DNA of 64,000 nucleotides, from the NCBI RefSeq assembly GCF_964355755.1, contig NC_092670.1, positions 22,802,795-22,866,794 of the forward strand, in the 5' to 3' direction. The DNA comes from Antedon mediterranea. Its lineage: Eukaryota; Animalia; Echinodermata. The number at the start of each line of letters is the position of its first letter. Positions within the stretch are counted from its first letter, which is position 1. Of the stretch, positions 25,401-39,725 are shown one piece after another. Under the pieces are notes generated by a model. It was not told where the DNA came from. It was given only the letters and a program-made list of their open reading frames with translations, and did not search any database. The translations under genes were made by a program, and so were the position numbers.

Positions 25401-28400
25401 ATTTTTGTCTGAAAACTCAAGTAATACACGTATGAAACGCCATATGTGCAAAAATATTTATATTTTTACTAATAATATTAAGACAAAACTCCGTCTGGAG
25501 CCCAGACTATATCCTCTACCTATATCGTTATAATCCTAAAGCTCTGTCTACATTATCAAACTAGATTGACAAAAAAAAGTGTGATGTGCCCAAATTTTAT
25601 AATTAGATAGCTACTATATTAGCCTAGGTTGTAATACGCTATACGAATTACAGATAGGCCGTTGTATACGTAATAACTCGTAATATTATTATATACAGTA
25701 TGATATCAATTAATGGAGGATATAATCAATATGTATTGAAATAAAGGTATGTTACCCGTCAGTTCCTGCAATTCCACTAGTGCATAAAAAAGCATTATTC
25801 ATTAGCGTTAAAGTACAGTGATCCAGACCCCGAGGCAGTCGTTTGTCGGCCCAACATTCACCATATTAAAATCTATTAATCTACGCTACTCACAAAATTG
25901 ATTATATTTGATGTTTTTTACAAAGTATTTTGACAAGCACGCGACAACAAGTTGATGATCTTAGTGTATCAATTGGCCGGATTTTGTATAGGCAGGTAAT
26001 TTCAAAATGACAGATGCTCTATTTTTTAGTGACATCGTATGTTTATTTTGTTAAAATTCAAAGAAGTATAGATTTTTACAAATGTCGATACGTTCTAAGT
26101 CATTAAAAATTATAATTGCGAAAAGAAAATATGATATTTATTTCTAAATTAAACCATTAGGATATTTCACTATAATATCGCTATGATTAAACTTGAAATA
26201 AACATATACTTTTATAGTTGTGTTGTGTTACTTTAGTTGACCTCTGTACAGATTTGGCCCATACCTTGGGATGTAAGCAGGTATTAGTGCGTATATAGTT
26301 CCACTGTCATTTACATTTTGATTATGGTCGGCAGTTTAGTATCCTGGGCTAATTATAAGCCGTCCCGCCAAGAAAAAAAATTGCCATTTAGCTTTTGACA
26401 GGGCAGAGGCATTATGACATACAAGCTTAGCCTATAATGTCGATTTTTGTATTTGTTTGCGGTCCTCTGAATTATTAGTGCACTTAATCCGTCACTATGT
26501 AGGCTATAGTTTTATTTAAGCAGCCGCTATAAGTAGGCTATGCTTCTACTAAAACTGTACAACAATATTTCAAATGTAAAAAGCCGCTTAGAGTTGAGAT
26601 AAATAGCTTAGATGAATTAATGCTCCTGCTTGCCGTTTTAACAAAATAGATAAATGAAAAATGTATTAGTGTAATTGGGTTTGAGATTGCATCTATTATA
26701 CTCTAGTCAACGGTATATATGCATTTATCTTAAGTGCATGGCCAGTTCTTATTTTTATATCTAACGTGGGTTGACGATAAAATCTTAGTTAGAGGTTCAT
26801 TTTTAAAGCTATTTAATAGAGATTGTACGCGTGTTGTAGCCGTATAAATATATTGCATTGGGATACCACAGTAAGTAGATAGTATAAACGCAGCTTCGTT
26901 TAATCGGCGTTCAAAGTAGCAGAGTTGTCCAGCGTGAGCCTAAATTCAACGTTTAATTTTTACTTCATAGATATATTGTGAACTATATAATATATGCTTT
27001 CATCTAAAAGATGACTACGTGCTATGTCTGAGTCCGTATATTTGGTATGGACACAAAATATCTGTTTCTGCAGTGTTAGCTTATGTATGTCTTTCTATGG
27101 GCCTATCGTACAGTTAGATAGAAAGTATACAATTCCAAGTTGTGATTCGCATTCGTATACACAGATATTATGTATCCAATTTAGAACTCACAACAAAATC
27201 GTGCTTTTGTATAATACAATGATGATGATGATACATGCCCTCCGCCACTTTTAAATTCCATTTAACTAAATACTTATTTTTAGCATAAAAGAGATTGTTT
27301 GACTTTTTTTACTGTATATATACTAGGAAAAAGGGAAACTCCAGTAAATCGTTAGCATTTACTGTATATATTGAGACCCGGATCTTAACTATAAACTTAT
27401 CAATTAGTATGTATAAACAAATCAATGAACGTAAACGTATAGTATAAGGCCTACCACTCGAGCGAGGCCGTATATTAAATGATAGGCCTTATAATATTTA
27501 CTGTTTAATGATATTTCCACTTCAAATACGTCTCATTAGAATCCATAAAGGGAAATTTAGTTATACTAATCATGATTATATTTCATTTATCCTATAGATT
27601 CTTAAAACTGCATCGGAAGACTTGTGTGCCAAAACAAGAGACTGATCGAAAAGACAGATAGACGAGGCATTTGTTTTCAATGTTATCTCAATTGCTATTC
27701 TAAGCCAAAAATAATGATGTCGTGATGACCGCCCTATTACAGAAGCATCGATATATCTACAATAACTTGCTGTTATACTCATTAATTAATCATAGCATTG
27801 TATTACACGGATGTTGTGAGTGTTGATCAATAAAAACACCGGTATTCCTCACTAATAATAATAGTTCGCACAATGAGCTATTAAGCCGTCGCAGACAGGT
27901 AAATTACATTAATGTGCCAAAATTCTGTATAAATCATAATAAGGATTCATATAGCAAGATGCATAATTGTTACGACTTAAAAGCGATAAGCAATATTAAC
28001 AAAAGTCACGTGTTGTTCGATTACTTTAAGCTTTCAAATCTCAATTAAAGATTGGATACGGCTCATCATAAACATACACTTAATATCTCTGTATATACAA
28101 CGCACCATAAGCATTTAACATTTCCACGGCATGTGATTTATTTTAAAAACCAATTTATTTGAATCATGATTCTATTATAAACACCAGAGTCCCCATTTAT
28201 CAACTTAATTTATATATAGGATTTTGAAATTTCAATCCTAAACAAACATGATAGGCAACATCTAAGCATGGAGAAAAGGTACGCTGAAGAATAGAATTAC
28301 CTCATGTTGGCGTTCCATATTTACATTTGAAGAGTGCGGTGCGGACATATACATTCACAGGCTGGCTGACTTTGAGTAAAGTAGCCTAGTGAATCTGTAT

Positions 28401-29710
28401 GCACGTGACTTGTTGAAAGAAACGCAAGCATTTAAGAAAAAATAAAATGAATTGTTTTTGTAAAACCAGTGTAGAGTGGAAGAGTATTATTTTGCTATAA
28501 TTATCATATAAATCCGTTCGACAACCAACTTCAGCTTGTGAGCTTAATATATATCTATATACGCCACTTTGCATTGAGTTGATGGCTGTGAATGCTAGAA
28601 TACGGGTCACCTCTTGTCTGCGACACAGTTACAGAATGTGTGATAGTTAAAAAGATATATTAAGCTTGCCTAATGTACCGAATCAACTTATATATTACAA
28701 ATTAAACGTTGTTTTTTATTTCTTAAACCTAATTGATCGAAACGTTGAAATACTCAATTATAGTTGCCCATGCTTGGAGTAACCTGTTTATTCTTTTAAA
28801 AAATAACGACCAGTTCATAGGTTCGTGCTTTCATACGGTCAACAGCTGGTGTTGTTCCGGCCTTTTGACCATTGAGGTTAGAGGTTCCAATCCCACGCTG
28901 TCCACTAGTCTGTGCCATGTGATGAGACAATAATTGTACGGTACAAACACTGGAGATTTTAGGCAACGATACCGGTGCCAAAATCGTGTTGAACATGCAT
29001 GGCACCTATGTGCTACCGAATTCTGAGAACTTTATATTAGGCCTATATAATAAATCGTTATACTACTGGAAATTTAAACGGGGAGGGGAAATCACAAACC
29101 GCATATTTATTCCTCGTGCTTACTTGCGTACTACATTTGGGAATCACAAATGCATAGTGTTTCACAAGCATTCAAACACGATACCGTATGTCGTTCGTAC
29201 AAACGTTTCATACGTCACAAGTATCATCTCTTTGTGATGACGTCACTGAAGATTTGATTACATATGCCCGCAGTTTCATCTCTCAGTGGACATTAACACC
29301 ATTGGAAGTCTCTAGAGAAATATATACGTATGATTGTGAATATCAATATATAATTATTAAGATGATAATAAAACACAATTATACATATAAAACAGAAATA
29401 AGATGACCGTATTCAGCTATATAGATCAGGTGTAATAGCCTACTACTAATTGGAAAAAAAGTCTTCAGATAGCTGTGAAAATGAAATTCATTTTTAAGAG
29501 TATCGTGGCATAGACGTGCTTTAATATAATCACTTTAATCCTAGCATTATATGGTACGCGTTTTACGTGCCTTGATTGTCAATGGCAACTGTGAAGGAAT
29601 CATGAGTTGTAGGCCTAGTTTATGCTGCTGTAGGCCTAAATTATTAAAGAGTATCTTTTTACTATTAAGTATGCCTTTTATGCATAGTGCATGTATGTTC
29701 ACACTGAAAT

Positions 29711-29886
29711 ACAGAAGAACCCTCGTTTGGCACACCCTATTAAGATGGCCCACGACCCTTTTACGGGGACACATTCAAGAGTCTATGAAAACGAACGAGA
29801 GAAAAACTACGACCAACCCAACAGGCCCAAGCAAGAAGACACCATTCTTGGGTCCTGAAGGTGTCCCCTCATTAGGGGTTCTACTG
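29711..29886. mobile_element. Tc1/pogo-like MITE; relatives near 4590-4680, 14990-15060, 17150-17290, 48390-48560 and 61420-61556
   Basis: ta|cagaagaaccc ... ggggttctactg|ta, with ggggacac/gtgtcccc internal motifs. Confidence 0.65.
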
Positions 29887-32238
29887 TAAAAAAACGTACT
29901 ACTGTAGAGAGACTGTATATTGTTTATTCCCGGACAACTTAATACAAATAAAAATACGTAAAACAACGAATGAAAAGAAACTAGAAATATTATTTATCTA
30001 CGAACAAAAAAATTTACATAACACATGCACATATTTTGAATAATTACTGGTGTTCCAACGACTTAAACTGGAAAAGGGATACCGTAGTAAGAGACAAAAT
30101 AAAGAACACATTTAGGCCTATATTTGAAGATATGTTTTATTGTACAGTTTATGAAACGAAGAAGACGAGACTAATGAAGACGAAAATATTGTCAGCTAAA
30201 TTCGGGTTGTTTAGGCCAATATAAAAATACACGGTACCTATTCTATGCTGGAAGCAATATGGTTCGCAGGAGAAGTGGTCTGTCCTGCTTAGAAATTGTT
30301 ATGTCAAAACTGAGAATGACGACGAGCTAAGACACCGTGAATTGAAAATTGCGTGTATAGGCCTACAACAATCAATTCACAATCACACTCACAACGACGA
30401 CACATATTAGGCCTAAGGTAAGTGAAAATGATTTGTATGTCGATTTTAAATTTCTATGTTGCCACCTGTTGCGACGCCTTTCATGTGAAATAATACGATT
30501 TTGACACTTTTGAGAACACGTGTTCAAAATAAGGGGTTTTAAAAACACCACGCTGTTAAGATAATCCTAGCGTTAATAACGTGACGTTGAGTTGAGTCTC
30601 CCAGCATGTTCTCCGCATTAATTAAGAACATAACCAATTAATTAGTAAATGGATTTGCACATGCCATGTAGGAATTAAGATGAATTCATTCATGCTTATA
30701 CAGTTTATATAAAAAGATGCATCAGTTATTTTATAAGGCTTCTAAACCGCGGATGTTGAAAAGGCGATCCTCCATTTTTATAAATCCCGGAGTCCCTTTA
30801 ATTTTGATTATATAAGAGATGTCAACGTTTGTAGTATATTTCTATTGATATTTTGAAAAGAGTTTGTGTAGCATTACCGATCCTGATATTATTTCTGCAT
30901 AGGTTAAAGATGTATTGTCCCCTTGGAAAAATAATTCTTACAGTTTTTGTTGTTAAATATGCCATTTTAATGTCACATAATACCAAAAAATGGATCGAAA
31001 AAAATTTATTTACCTGAAAAAAACTATAATTGAAAGAAAAAAAATAGCCAAATTGGCTGTCAGCCAATGGGTTTTTATGAATTTAGCCATTTAGGCCTAT
31101 TTTGTCATTTTATAAGTGAAAAAAAAATTTTGTTTCGTTTTTTTTTTCTATTGAAAAGACTTGCTCTATTAAAACTACAAAATAACTTTTTTAAGGGACA
31201 ATACATGGCTATGCTTACTATGAGGTATAGCCTTCTATTGAAACATGTAATTTCATAAACTGAACACGTCGACACGAAAGTATTTGGTTCTGTCCACCTT
31301 GTTCTATTGTCACCATATACCTGTATTGTTTTGCATCACCATTTGACGAATGAATTGTAGGCCTATGTATTTTGGGGCATATTAGGTCTGGTATAGCACT
31401 TTTTATACAGTATTACATTTGAAATTACATGTGAAACCCAAGCCATATTACTATACATATTTATAGGCACAGGCTTCCTTTATTTAACTCTTGTGGATCT
31501 TTCTGCGCGGAGTGAAAGTTTGTTCTTGGCTTTACAAGTTGAAACAAAACTCGTTGCAAACAAGCCAACGCCGATCAATATGATCTCACCAAAACAGCAT
31601 GTAAATCAACGTTTGTTTTGTTTGTTTTTACCAATAACATACGTTAAATTGATCGTTATAACTATCTAGTACAGATTTCAATATAGTTTAGTAAAGCAAT
31701 TACCCGTATGCAACTATCAAACAGATCGCTGTAATCTAAACAATCAAACAAAGAAATAACCATCGGTTTATTTTATGAAATTTCATTCGATAAAGCGCCA
31801 GTTATTGTACAAATTCATTGTGCAGCCCAGTGTGAAAATAATTGTTCCGAACCAGTAGGTTGAAGATAGTGGAATACATGGTATTGTGTCCGTCCCTCGA
31901 AAAGAAAACAAAACACGGTTGCTGTTAGTTAGTGCTGTTAGTGTAATTTTATATCGAAATCAAATGGTTGATAAAGAAAATCGCGTGCGGGTTTTTCGGG
32001 AAGGAGAGAAGGGAGGTGCTATAAGAGATTCTCTAATTAGACACCAATTGTTTTGACACAGACGCGCTCGCCGTTTTTTATTTTTAAATCACGAATTGTA
32101 TTGTATTGTATGACCAATGCCAAAATATTCCAATTAAATGCAGTGATATTGAAATAATTACTTATTTTTCCATGAAATAACTTAACAAAGTTATTAAAGT
32201 CAATAATTAGGAACGTCAACAAACCATATTACACAAAC

Positions 32239-32275
32239 CATGGAGGAAAAAATAAATTATTTTTTCCTCTCCATG
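32239..32275. mobile_element. 37-bp palindromic P-like footprint
   Basis: catggaggaaaaaataaattattttttcctctccatg is flanked by a 7-bp direct repeat cacaaac. Confidence 0.7.
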
Positions 32276-34739
32276 CACAAACCAACAGTGGTTGAAGGAT
32301 TATTCCATTGTGATACAGGGGTGCTCTTTTGATTCCCCCTGTGGAGCACAGGCTATTCTCGGTTTATCTAGGTACGAGAGGCACGAAAGGGACTACGTAG
32401 ACATGCATTATCGTTCCCAGTGCAGGCTAAACGATACCACCACCAAATTGGCAAGTTGAGGTCCAAATGCACTGTCTGCTAAATGCTCGTCCCCAATACC
32501 ACACCCATCTTTTTTTAGAAACACCCCACACTATAATAATAACAATAGAAATACACCATTTTGACAACAATGTATAGTTTATTGCTGTTATCTCCTCACA
32601 TTTACTGCTAAATTGTACAGGAATTGTATAAAAATTCATAATATAGTTAGTGATAGGTTAGAACAATGATCATGGCTTAACAGTGTTTATTTAGGACCAT
32701 GTTTGTCAATCTGGCTACAATAACATAATAATTTTTTTAGTAGGCTTTTAATTCTACTGGGCAGAGTTGGTATGGTATAGAGTGTAATTGAGAGCTTACA
32801 TAAGTGATTTTATCCAGCCAAAATTGTATGTTTAAGCCAGTTTGTGTCAAGCCTCTTAACACACCACACCCAACACCCACACCCCACCCCAATTTCACAA
32901 AAAAAACCTGCAAACACTGGTTTAAAATACTGTCACCAGCACATAGATCTTGTCACATTTGTAGCCTTATCCCCAGTTCCATTAAACTATGCCTTTTCTT
33001 TCCTTTTAGTACATCATCCCTGTTTTAATAATTTTCATTAATAGTATCTAGATAATTAAATGGATAATCAGTAAAAATGAGATTTATTTTTAATTGATAA
33101 TATTATTTCTCTTCTAAATTTATCAAAATAAAATACACTCTTACAATTCACTATATTCTCGCAACTGAAAATGCACTTAAATTATGAGATATATTCTGTT
33201 ATTAGCACCAATGGAAACAAACCAAAACAAATTTTAATCACAAATTATGTGCTGCCAACAATAACAAATCATATACACTCTTTTTGTTTTTGACCAATAA
33301 TGAATTTATCAATTAAATATATATTGAAATTGTAACCCTTTTACCAGTTTTATAAGTTATATTTAATACCACATTCAGACTACATATTGTTGTGAGTGAT
33401 CGGTTGTGATGCAATCGATGGTGATTGGGAGACCTTTCACACATAACAGAATCATGAATATATTTTTAACGGTTGGGTCAAAGGCCAAAGCCAAGCCAGG
33501 CCAAAGCCAAGCCGTGCAGAACCGAAACCAACATATTGCATACTCTGCAAATATAGTAACTACTTTTCGTATTATTAGGCCTACTACTTATAACAACCAA
33601 TCAAAATGCGAACCATATGGTAGTCCAAATAGGATAGTAAAACAATTTATATTTATTCTTCCATTACAACAAAATCACTCCTCTTAATAATAGATTGTGT
33701 TAAGTACATTTACGTTTTAACATATATTCTACTGGTAGGAATACCAGATTTAAATATAAATATGTTTTTATATACAGTACACCTAATACCTTGCGTTTTG
33801 TCACATGACTTACACTTATGTCACCTGACTTATAGAACTTTAATACATACATTTATACAGTTCTGTTTTCTATAACAAAAACATTAATATTATTGGAAGT
33901 AAACACAATTTAAATTGATAAATCTTTTGATTTATTTACAGCGATATTGAGTTGATACCCGTGTATTCATAACATAGTCATTTTTTAGTTATGTGTATTA
34001 GTTTAGACTCTAGATTGAATTAAAAAGGGATTTTTTTCTTTCAATTAGATAACGTTTTAAAGATGTTAAATCCTTAACAAAAATTTATCCTAAAATGATT
34101 CAGAACTTGTTTTATAATAAGCACCTCATACTAGATTAATTTTATTAATGAAAAAATTTATTTATTTAAATATTAAATATATGACACAGCCTTTTATGTC
34201 ATTAATGTAAAAGGTAAATTAGGAACACTAAATCTGTCATTATATAACCATGGATATAGGTCCATGGTATAACATTTACTGTACCCTGTATTTTAAGAAG
34301 ATCATGTAAAAGTTAGTAAAAAGTGTCTATAATAATTTTACTGTAAATCAAATGTTTTAATGTGAAAAATTGGTGTAGAAAAAATATGATTGTTAAAAAT
34401 TGATGATTAAACCAAGTACATTTGACCTTTGAACTAATGATGTCATCTGTTTGAAATATTGGTAGAACCATTCAGGTCCATGGTAGAAATAACTGGGACA
34501 ATAGTGCAAAACTAATTCCTTCATACTAGGACCAAACAATAGGCTATAACAGCCTAAGTACTGTGCATGTTAATTAATTAAAAACCTACTGACTACATTG
34601 CTGTTGTGATTAGCATAGTCACGGAAGCTATCACAATGCTGATTTAGTATCTGAGCATGCTCAGTAATCATTTCATTTCACAATCATACTATTGAACAAA
34701 CAATAAATAATAAACAAATTATCTCTTTATTATTATACA

Positions 34740-35382
34740 TCATCGTTCATGTTCTGTTCCAAACTGATCTTCCCAATGGAAATCAGTTCCAATCATTTTG
34801 TAGAATTTTTTGTTCCAAGGCTCGTAAAATTCATACATTTTACGTAAAATATCTGGTCGTATTTCCGGATGTTTGCGTCCTTTTGTCTTTCCTAGACATT
34901 TCGATGTATCAAATCCATCCTTCTTTTTCAAACAAGGAAACCCCTTTGTTTCGTTGTGATAAAAATAACTTTCATCAATAACAATGTCCAATCCTAAAAA
35001 TGTTTGTACACGTATTAACTCCTCGTGCGGATTCTTAATTAAGTTCTCCCCGTTAACGAATAATATCTGCTCTAACGGGAACACTTTAAGCCAATTGCGG
35101 ATATGTTTAGCATACAGTCCTATCCGTATCACTCCCCATTCTGAAGATAACCTTCCATTCGCCTCAAAAAGTAGATCCTCAAAATCTTTCAAGTTTTTAT
35201 AACCTTTACTCATTGTTTGAACATAGTCTGAAATTGCTCTCGTAACTGGATTTCTTAAGACTAAAATTAACTTGACTTTCTTTGACATCTTATAAATTCT
35301 TTCTGGTGCTTTTTCAGTTACGAAATATCCAGGCGTCTTTTCCAACGTAACCTGGCCTTCTAGAGAGGGTGGCATTTGCTTT
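34740..35382 (-). CDS. HS3ST: Heparan sulfate glucosamine 3-O-sulfotransferase (HS3ST3/2/4/6-like), coding exon 2 of 2
   Basis: Acceptor tcttacag| completes the phase-2 R codon, giving WYRKQMP. Motifs EKTPGYF, RNPVTRAISDY (3'-PB), KGFPC and CLGKTKGRKHP are present; TGA at 34740-34742. The spliced CDS is 1164 nt (387 aa). Confidence 0.96.
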
Positions 35383-36965
35383 CTGTAAGATACAAAAGAT
35401 AAATACAGTATTAAATTTGACCCTTAGTGTACAATAATTTGTTTGTGTAAATTGTAATTGTGATTGTAATGTTGTAACACTAGAGTCTATGTTTAGGCTA
35501 ATTATTGATAATAATAATAATAATTGCTAATAATTGAGCAGTAACAGTATGTGGAAAACTGCATAGTTTACAGGGTGGGCGGTTTCCTAAGCGGAAACCG
35601 CCCGTTGCTCTGCGTTGTGTGTAAATGAAATAACATAGATTCTATATTTTTATTACAGTTACCGCTCGTCTGTGTAATTGGCCATTACAGTTATACATGT
35701 GCCACAGACCTGAAGAAGGAGGTTAACAGAATACAACCATTTAAATAGTAAAAATTGCATGAGGGTGGGGCAGGGAAACTAACTAACTTATTTGGCCTGT
35801 TATAGTAAATTATATATTTATATAGTTTTAAGCTTGTTTTGTAACATGTAAAGTAGAATGAACCCTGGGATCTGGAGGCAAACATTGCACTTTGGTAGTA
35901 CTTAAATCATTCATTCATTCATTCATTCATAAATTATAAATTGATGTAATGAGGATACAGGATGGTATGGAATAAAAGCACCATTCATTTCTGCTACGTT
36001 GACCACATGAACAAAGCAGGGAGTATTACCACACAGATACCAGATCCAATTGATAGTGTATGGCCTTCTGATAGTACAATCAAGAATACGGTAGCTCCTT
36101 TAGTACAATACAAGTACAGTAATCCTAGAGTTGATTATATACTTGATTCCCGTTAATTCAAAAGAATGGTAATACGTTGAAATAGATTTTGGTAACTACA
36201 ACTTAATACAAACACTTTTGTTATATGGTTTCGCGAATTCCAATGATAACAGTTAATACTCAACAATATGACAGGATTTCAAAGGTCGGTCTTTCTTTAC
36301 AAAAAGTGATTGAATAAAATCATGTGGATCTAAGTATTGCCTTATTGAATCTTTTAATTAAATTTATTTGAGTTAAAAGGAGTTTTGAGCAATTGTGCGC
36401 AAAAAACAATGCCCGTGAAGAAGAACAACATGTTATTGATAAGCTCTGTCTACACTATCAAACTTTATGTGACAAAAAATGTGATGTGCCCATATATAGA
36501 CATATCACTACCATTTTTTAGCATACCACTACCATATTTGGGCATATCACAGTTTTTTTGTCAACAAGTTTGATAGTGTAGACAGGCGCTTTACAACTGA
36601 GAGAATAGTAAATATAGTTTAGAATTCTTTACACATACTGCGGGTTGTTGTAACTGTAACCACTGGTAAATACTGATTGAATTCAAGTGCAGTGTGAGTC
36701 ATGTAAATTGTAATTTAAATTCCAACAACACATTGTGTATCCAATATTTAATCAACTCTCAAAATAATTTCTGCCTTTTATAACTTGAAATATTCACAAT
36801 ACTTTTAAACTAAAATATGTTTGTTGAATTTATGAATAACTTTCATATTTAGTAATAATAACTGCTACTGTATATACTAGGTCTCTATCTCTGCCATTGT
36901 AGCCCTGTTTTTAATAACATGCCCGCAGCTGTATTAGGTATTTCTTTTCCAATTATCATGTTTTA

Positions 36966-37363
36966 AGGCCCATTTACACTAGGGCGATAACGATCGACGA
37001 TAAAAAGATAAATATGCATTTTCCATACCTAAAACAAAAGAATTTAAAAAAGTTTTCATCCTAGAACTATAGGATTATCATCTATGCTGCCTTTAATGAA
37101 AATAATATTTCCACACGTCCAATCAAATGACGTCATGATTAGTAAGAGCAATAATATCATTACAATACAACTATTTTATTGTTTTATTGATCATGACGTC
37201 ATTTGATTGGACGTGTGGAAATATTATTTTTATCAAATACAGCATACATGATTATCCTATAGTTCTAGAACGAAAACTGTTCTAATTTCTTTTCTTTTAT
37301 CCAAGAAAAATGCATGTTTATCTATTTATCGTCAATCGTTATTGCCCTAGTGTAAATGGGCCT
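36966..37363. mobile_element. Foldback PIF/Harbinger-like MITE with TTA target duplication
   Basis: Two arms of about 170 bp (aggcccatttacactagggc ... gccctagtgtaaatgggcct); the empty site ttatcatgttttaggctatg is visible in adjacent tandem units. Confidence 0.85.
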
Positions 37364-37542
37364 TTAGGCTATGTTTATTGCATTGTTTAATATCTAGCTT
37401 TGGTTAAAATTACCTTATTCTTTTCTAATTATCATGTTTTAGGCTATGTTTATTGCATTGTTTAATATCTAGCTCTGGTTAAAATTACCTTATTCTTTTC
37501 CAATTATCATGTTTTAGGCTATGTTTATTGCTTTGTTTAATG
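37364..37542. repeat. 75-bp tandem repeat, about 2.4 copies
   Basis: ttaggctatgtttattgcattgtttaatatctagc...ttatcatgtt repeats with period 75. Confidence 0.85.
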
Positions 37543-38138
37543 ATTATTTTAGCTCTATATCTTTCCCTTAGCCCTGGTTTAATCAGCCAAATCTTGACCT
37601 TTGTAAAATGCTTGTTCAACCATAAATTACACAAGCGTTTACAACCAAGAACAAAGCATACACGCTCTATTTTTTTTTAATTTTGCTGTTTCCCCAGTTG
37701 TTCTATAACCAAATTTATAAAATATTCAAAACCTCGTGATCTTATCATGGAGTGAATTGTTTCCTTGGCGAGCTTATCAATTGGGTAATATAGTCGTTAT
37801 CCCATAATACTTTACTAAGTTGATATCAATTTTGTAGAAAAACAAGTTTACAACCAGGAAATCTAGATATATGAAGGACATTGTAAATACTATAATCGAT
37901 AAAGAACATGATTAACAGAGAGTAGGTGTTTGGTTATCCATGCTTAATGCTGTAGGCAGTTTCATTGTAAAATAATCCACCTCTGATTTTAATAAGTGTC
38001 TAATCTGTTTACTTTTAATAAGTTGAAGTTCATGTTTGTTTGGCCTACTTAGTCATATGTACATTTAGTTTTTGTTTTGTTTTTGTACTTTTCAATATTT
38101 GTGATATACAGTATATAAATCCAGGCAAATTATTTAAA

Positions 38139-38575
38139 AAAATGACAATGCTGTGGGTATTAGTGGTGGTACCTCAATGGAGATACAAAATGACAATGCC
38201 GTGGGTATTAGTGGCTGAATCTCAATGGAGATACAAAATGACAATGCTGTGGGTATTAGTGGTGGTACCTCAATGGAGATACAAAATGACAATGCTGTGG
38301 GTATTAGTGGTGGTACCTCAATGGAGATACAAAATGACAATGCTGTGGGTATTAGTGGTGGTACCTCAATGGAGATACAAAATAAAATAAGCGAAAAGCT
38401 AAATCAAAACTATAAAGTAAAACAATCAGAAAAATTAGCACACAGTATTTATATGTATATATCAGGCAAAGAACATTAATTCTAAACCGCCCAATGATAT
38501 ATGTACTGAAATTTAATTAATTTGAAATGATAAAGATAAGGAAATCTGTGAGAAAGAGAAAAAGTCGCCCCAACT
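38139..38575 (-). mobile_element. Copy of the hammerhead retroposon family lacking the ribozyme core, with five tandem 48-bp terminal units (38139-38378)
   Basis: Collinear with 54007-54208 and 2690-2800; homology to the 54 kb copy breaks at ttagca| and resumes after the ribozyme. Confidence 0.8.
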
Positions 38576-39649
38576 GATATTTCATCTTTGGAGAGGTCAT
38601 CTTTGGTGACAATTTTTACATCATTGGGACAATGTCTCTTATTAGATTCAAATTGTTGAATATTGCATTTATTTTATATTTCTACTGTAGTAATGTTGCT
38701 CGCTTCATTTCTGTGACAATGTTTAATAAAACGTTCTATGTTTGTTAATCGTTGGTGACAATCTAAGAGTTTCAACCAAACATTGTTGAAATAAATATAC
38801 TGCGTGTGTAGTGTCCGTGACAACAGTGTAAATAAGTCCAGACTGGATGACTTCACTTTAAGATTGGTATATAAGTACCTAGTCGTCATATCATCCGTAA
38901 ATTACCTTTTAATCAAAACTTTTACATCAATGTTGTTATATGTCAGGATGTTATTGTTACAAATTGTTCTCAAAAAGAAAAATTCTACTGAAACAATTCA
39001 TTCAAGCTACAGCATAACTATTTGCTGATTTTCAATTTATATTTGCTTGTACGCGGTGATATTATTTATGCGTCAATCTGTTAAGATTCTTGTGACCCAC
39101 ACGTTTATCGTTTAATGGCTTAGCTTGGAAAGGAAAGCAACGTTAATATGCGAATGACAACGCAAGTAGATGTTAATTGGTATGTAGAGCATGCCAGATT
39201 TCAAAATTAACTCTACGGTAGATTAAGATGGATTTGGTTTGTACCATACAAGAAAAAAAAACTCACAACAAAAACAATGTTACAATATGTCTGTGGTTTA
39301 CCAGATATCTTGACAAGTAATGTATATTTCCGTAGGTATATATTTAGTAATGCTTATCTCATTTGCATAACAGTAATGGTTTTTGTGACTACCACACATG
39401 AATGAAAACCTCAAAACAACAACAATGAGAAACCACAAATAGTGTTTAGTGATATATTGGTTGTAGTCATAGTAAACCACCAAAAAATGAAAAAATATTA
39501 TGTTTTAAAATATACTTTTGTTTACAATTCATCACATTTGTCTCTATTAGCCTACATTTTATGATACATGTGAAGATATAATTTTTCCACTGCACTGTAC
39601 TACAGTAGTAACGAATTGATTCGCTTTAATTTGAGCATTGAGTGAAGTA

Positions 39650-39725
39650 GTGGAGCTGTAGCTTGGTGGTTAACATGCTTGCCTTACAATCCCAAAAGCC
39701 AAGGTTCAATCCTGACCTGAAACCA
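39650..39725 (+). mobile_element. tRNA-derived SINE head, degenerate
   Basis: A box tagcttggtgg and B box ggttcaatcc; similar to the head at 46355-46433. Confidence 0.55.

Noticed and set aside
29547-29966. Overlapping 63-112 aa ORFs
   Set aside because: They overlap a MITE and show no recognisable domain or splice structure; most other short ORFs in the track are likewise treated as chance.
38040-38479. ORFs with 16-aa repeats
   Set aside because: They are translations of the 48-bp tandem units.
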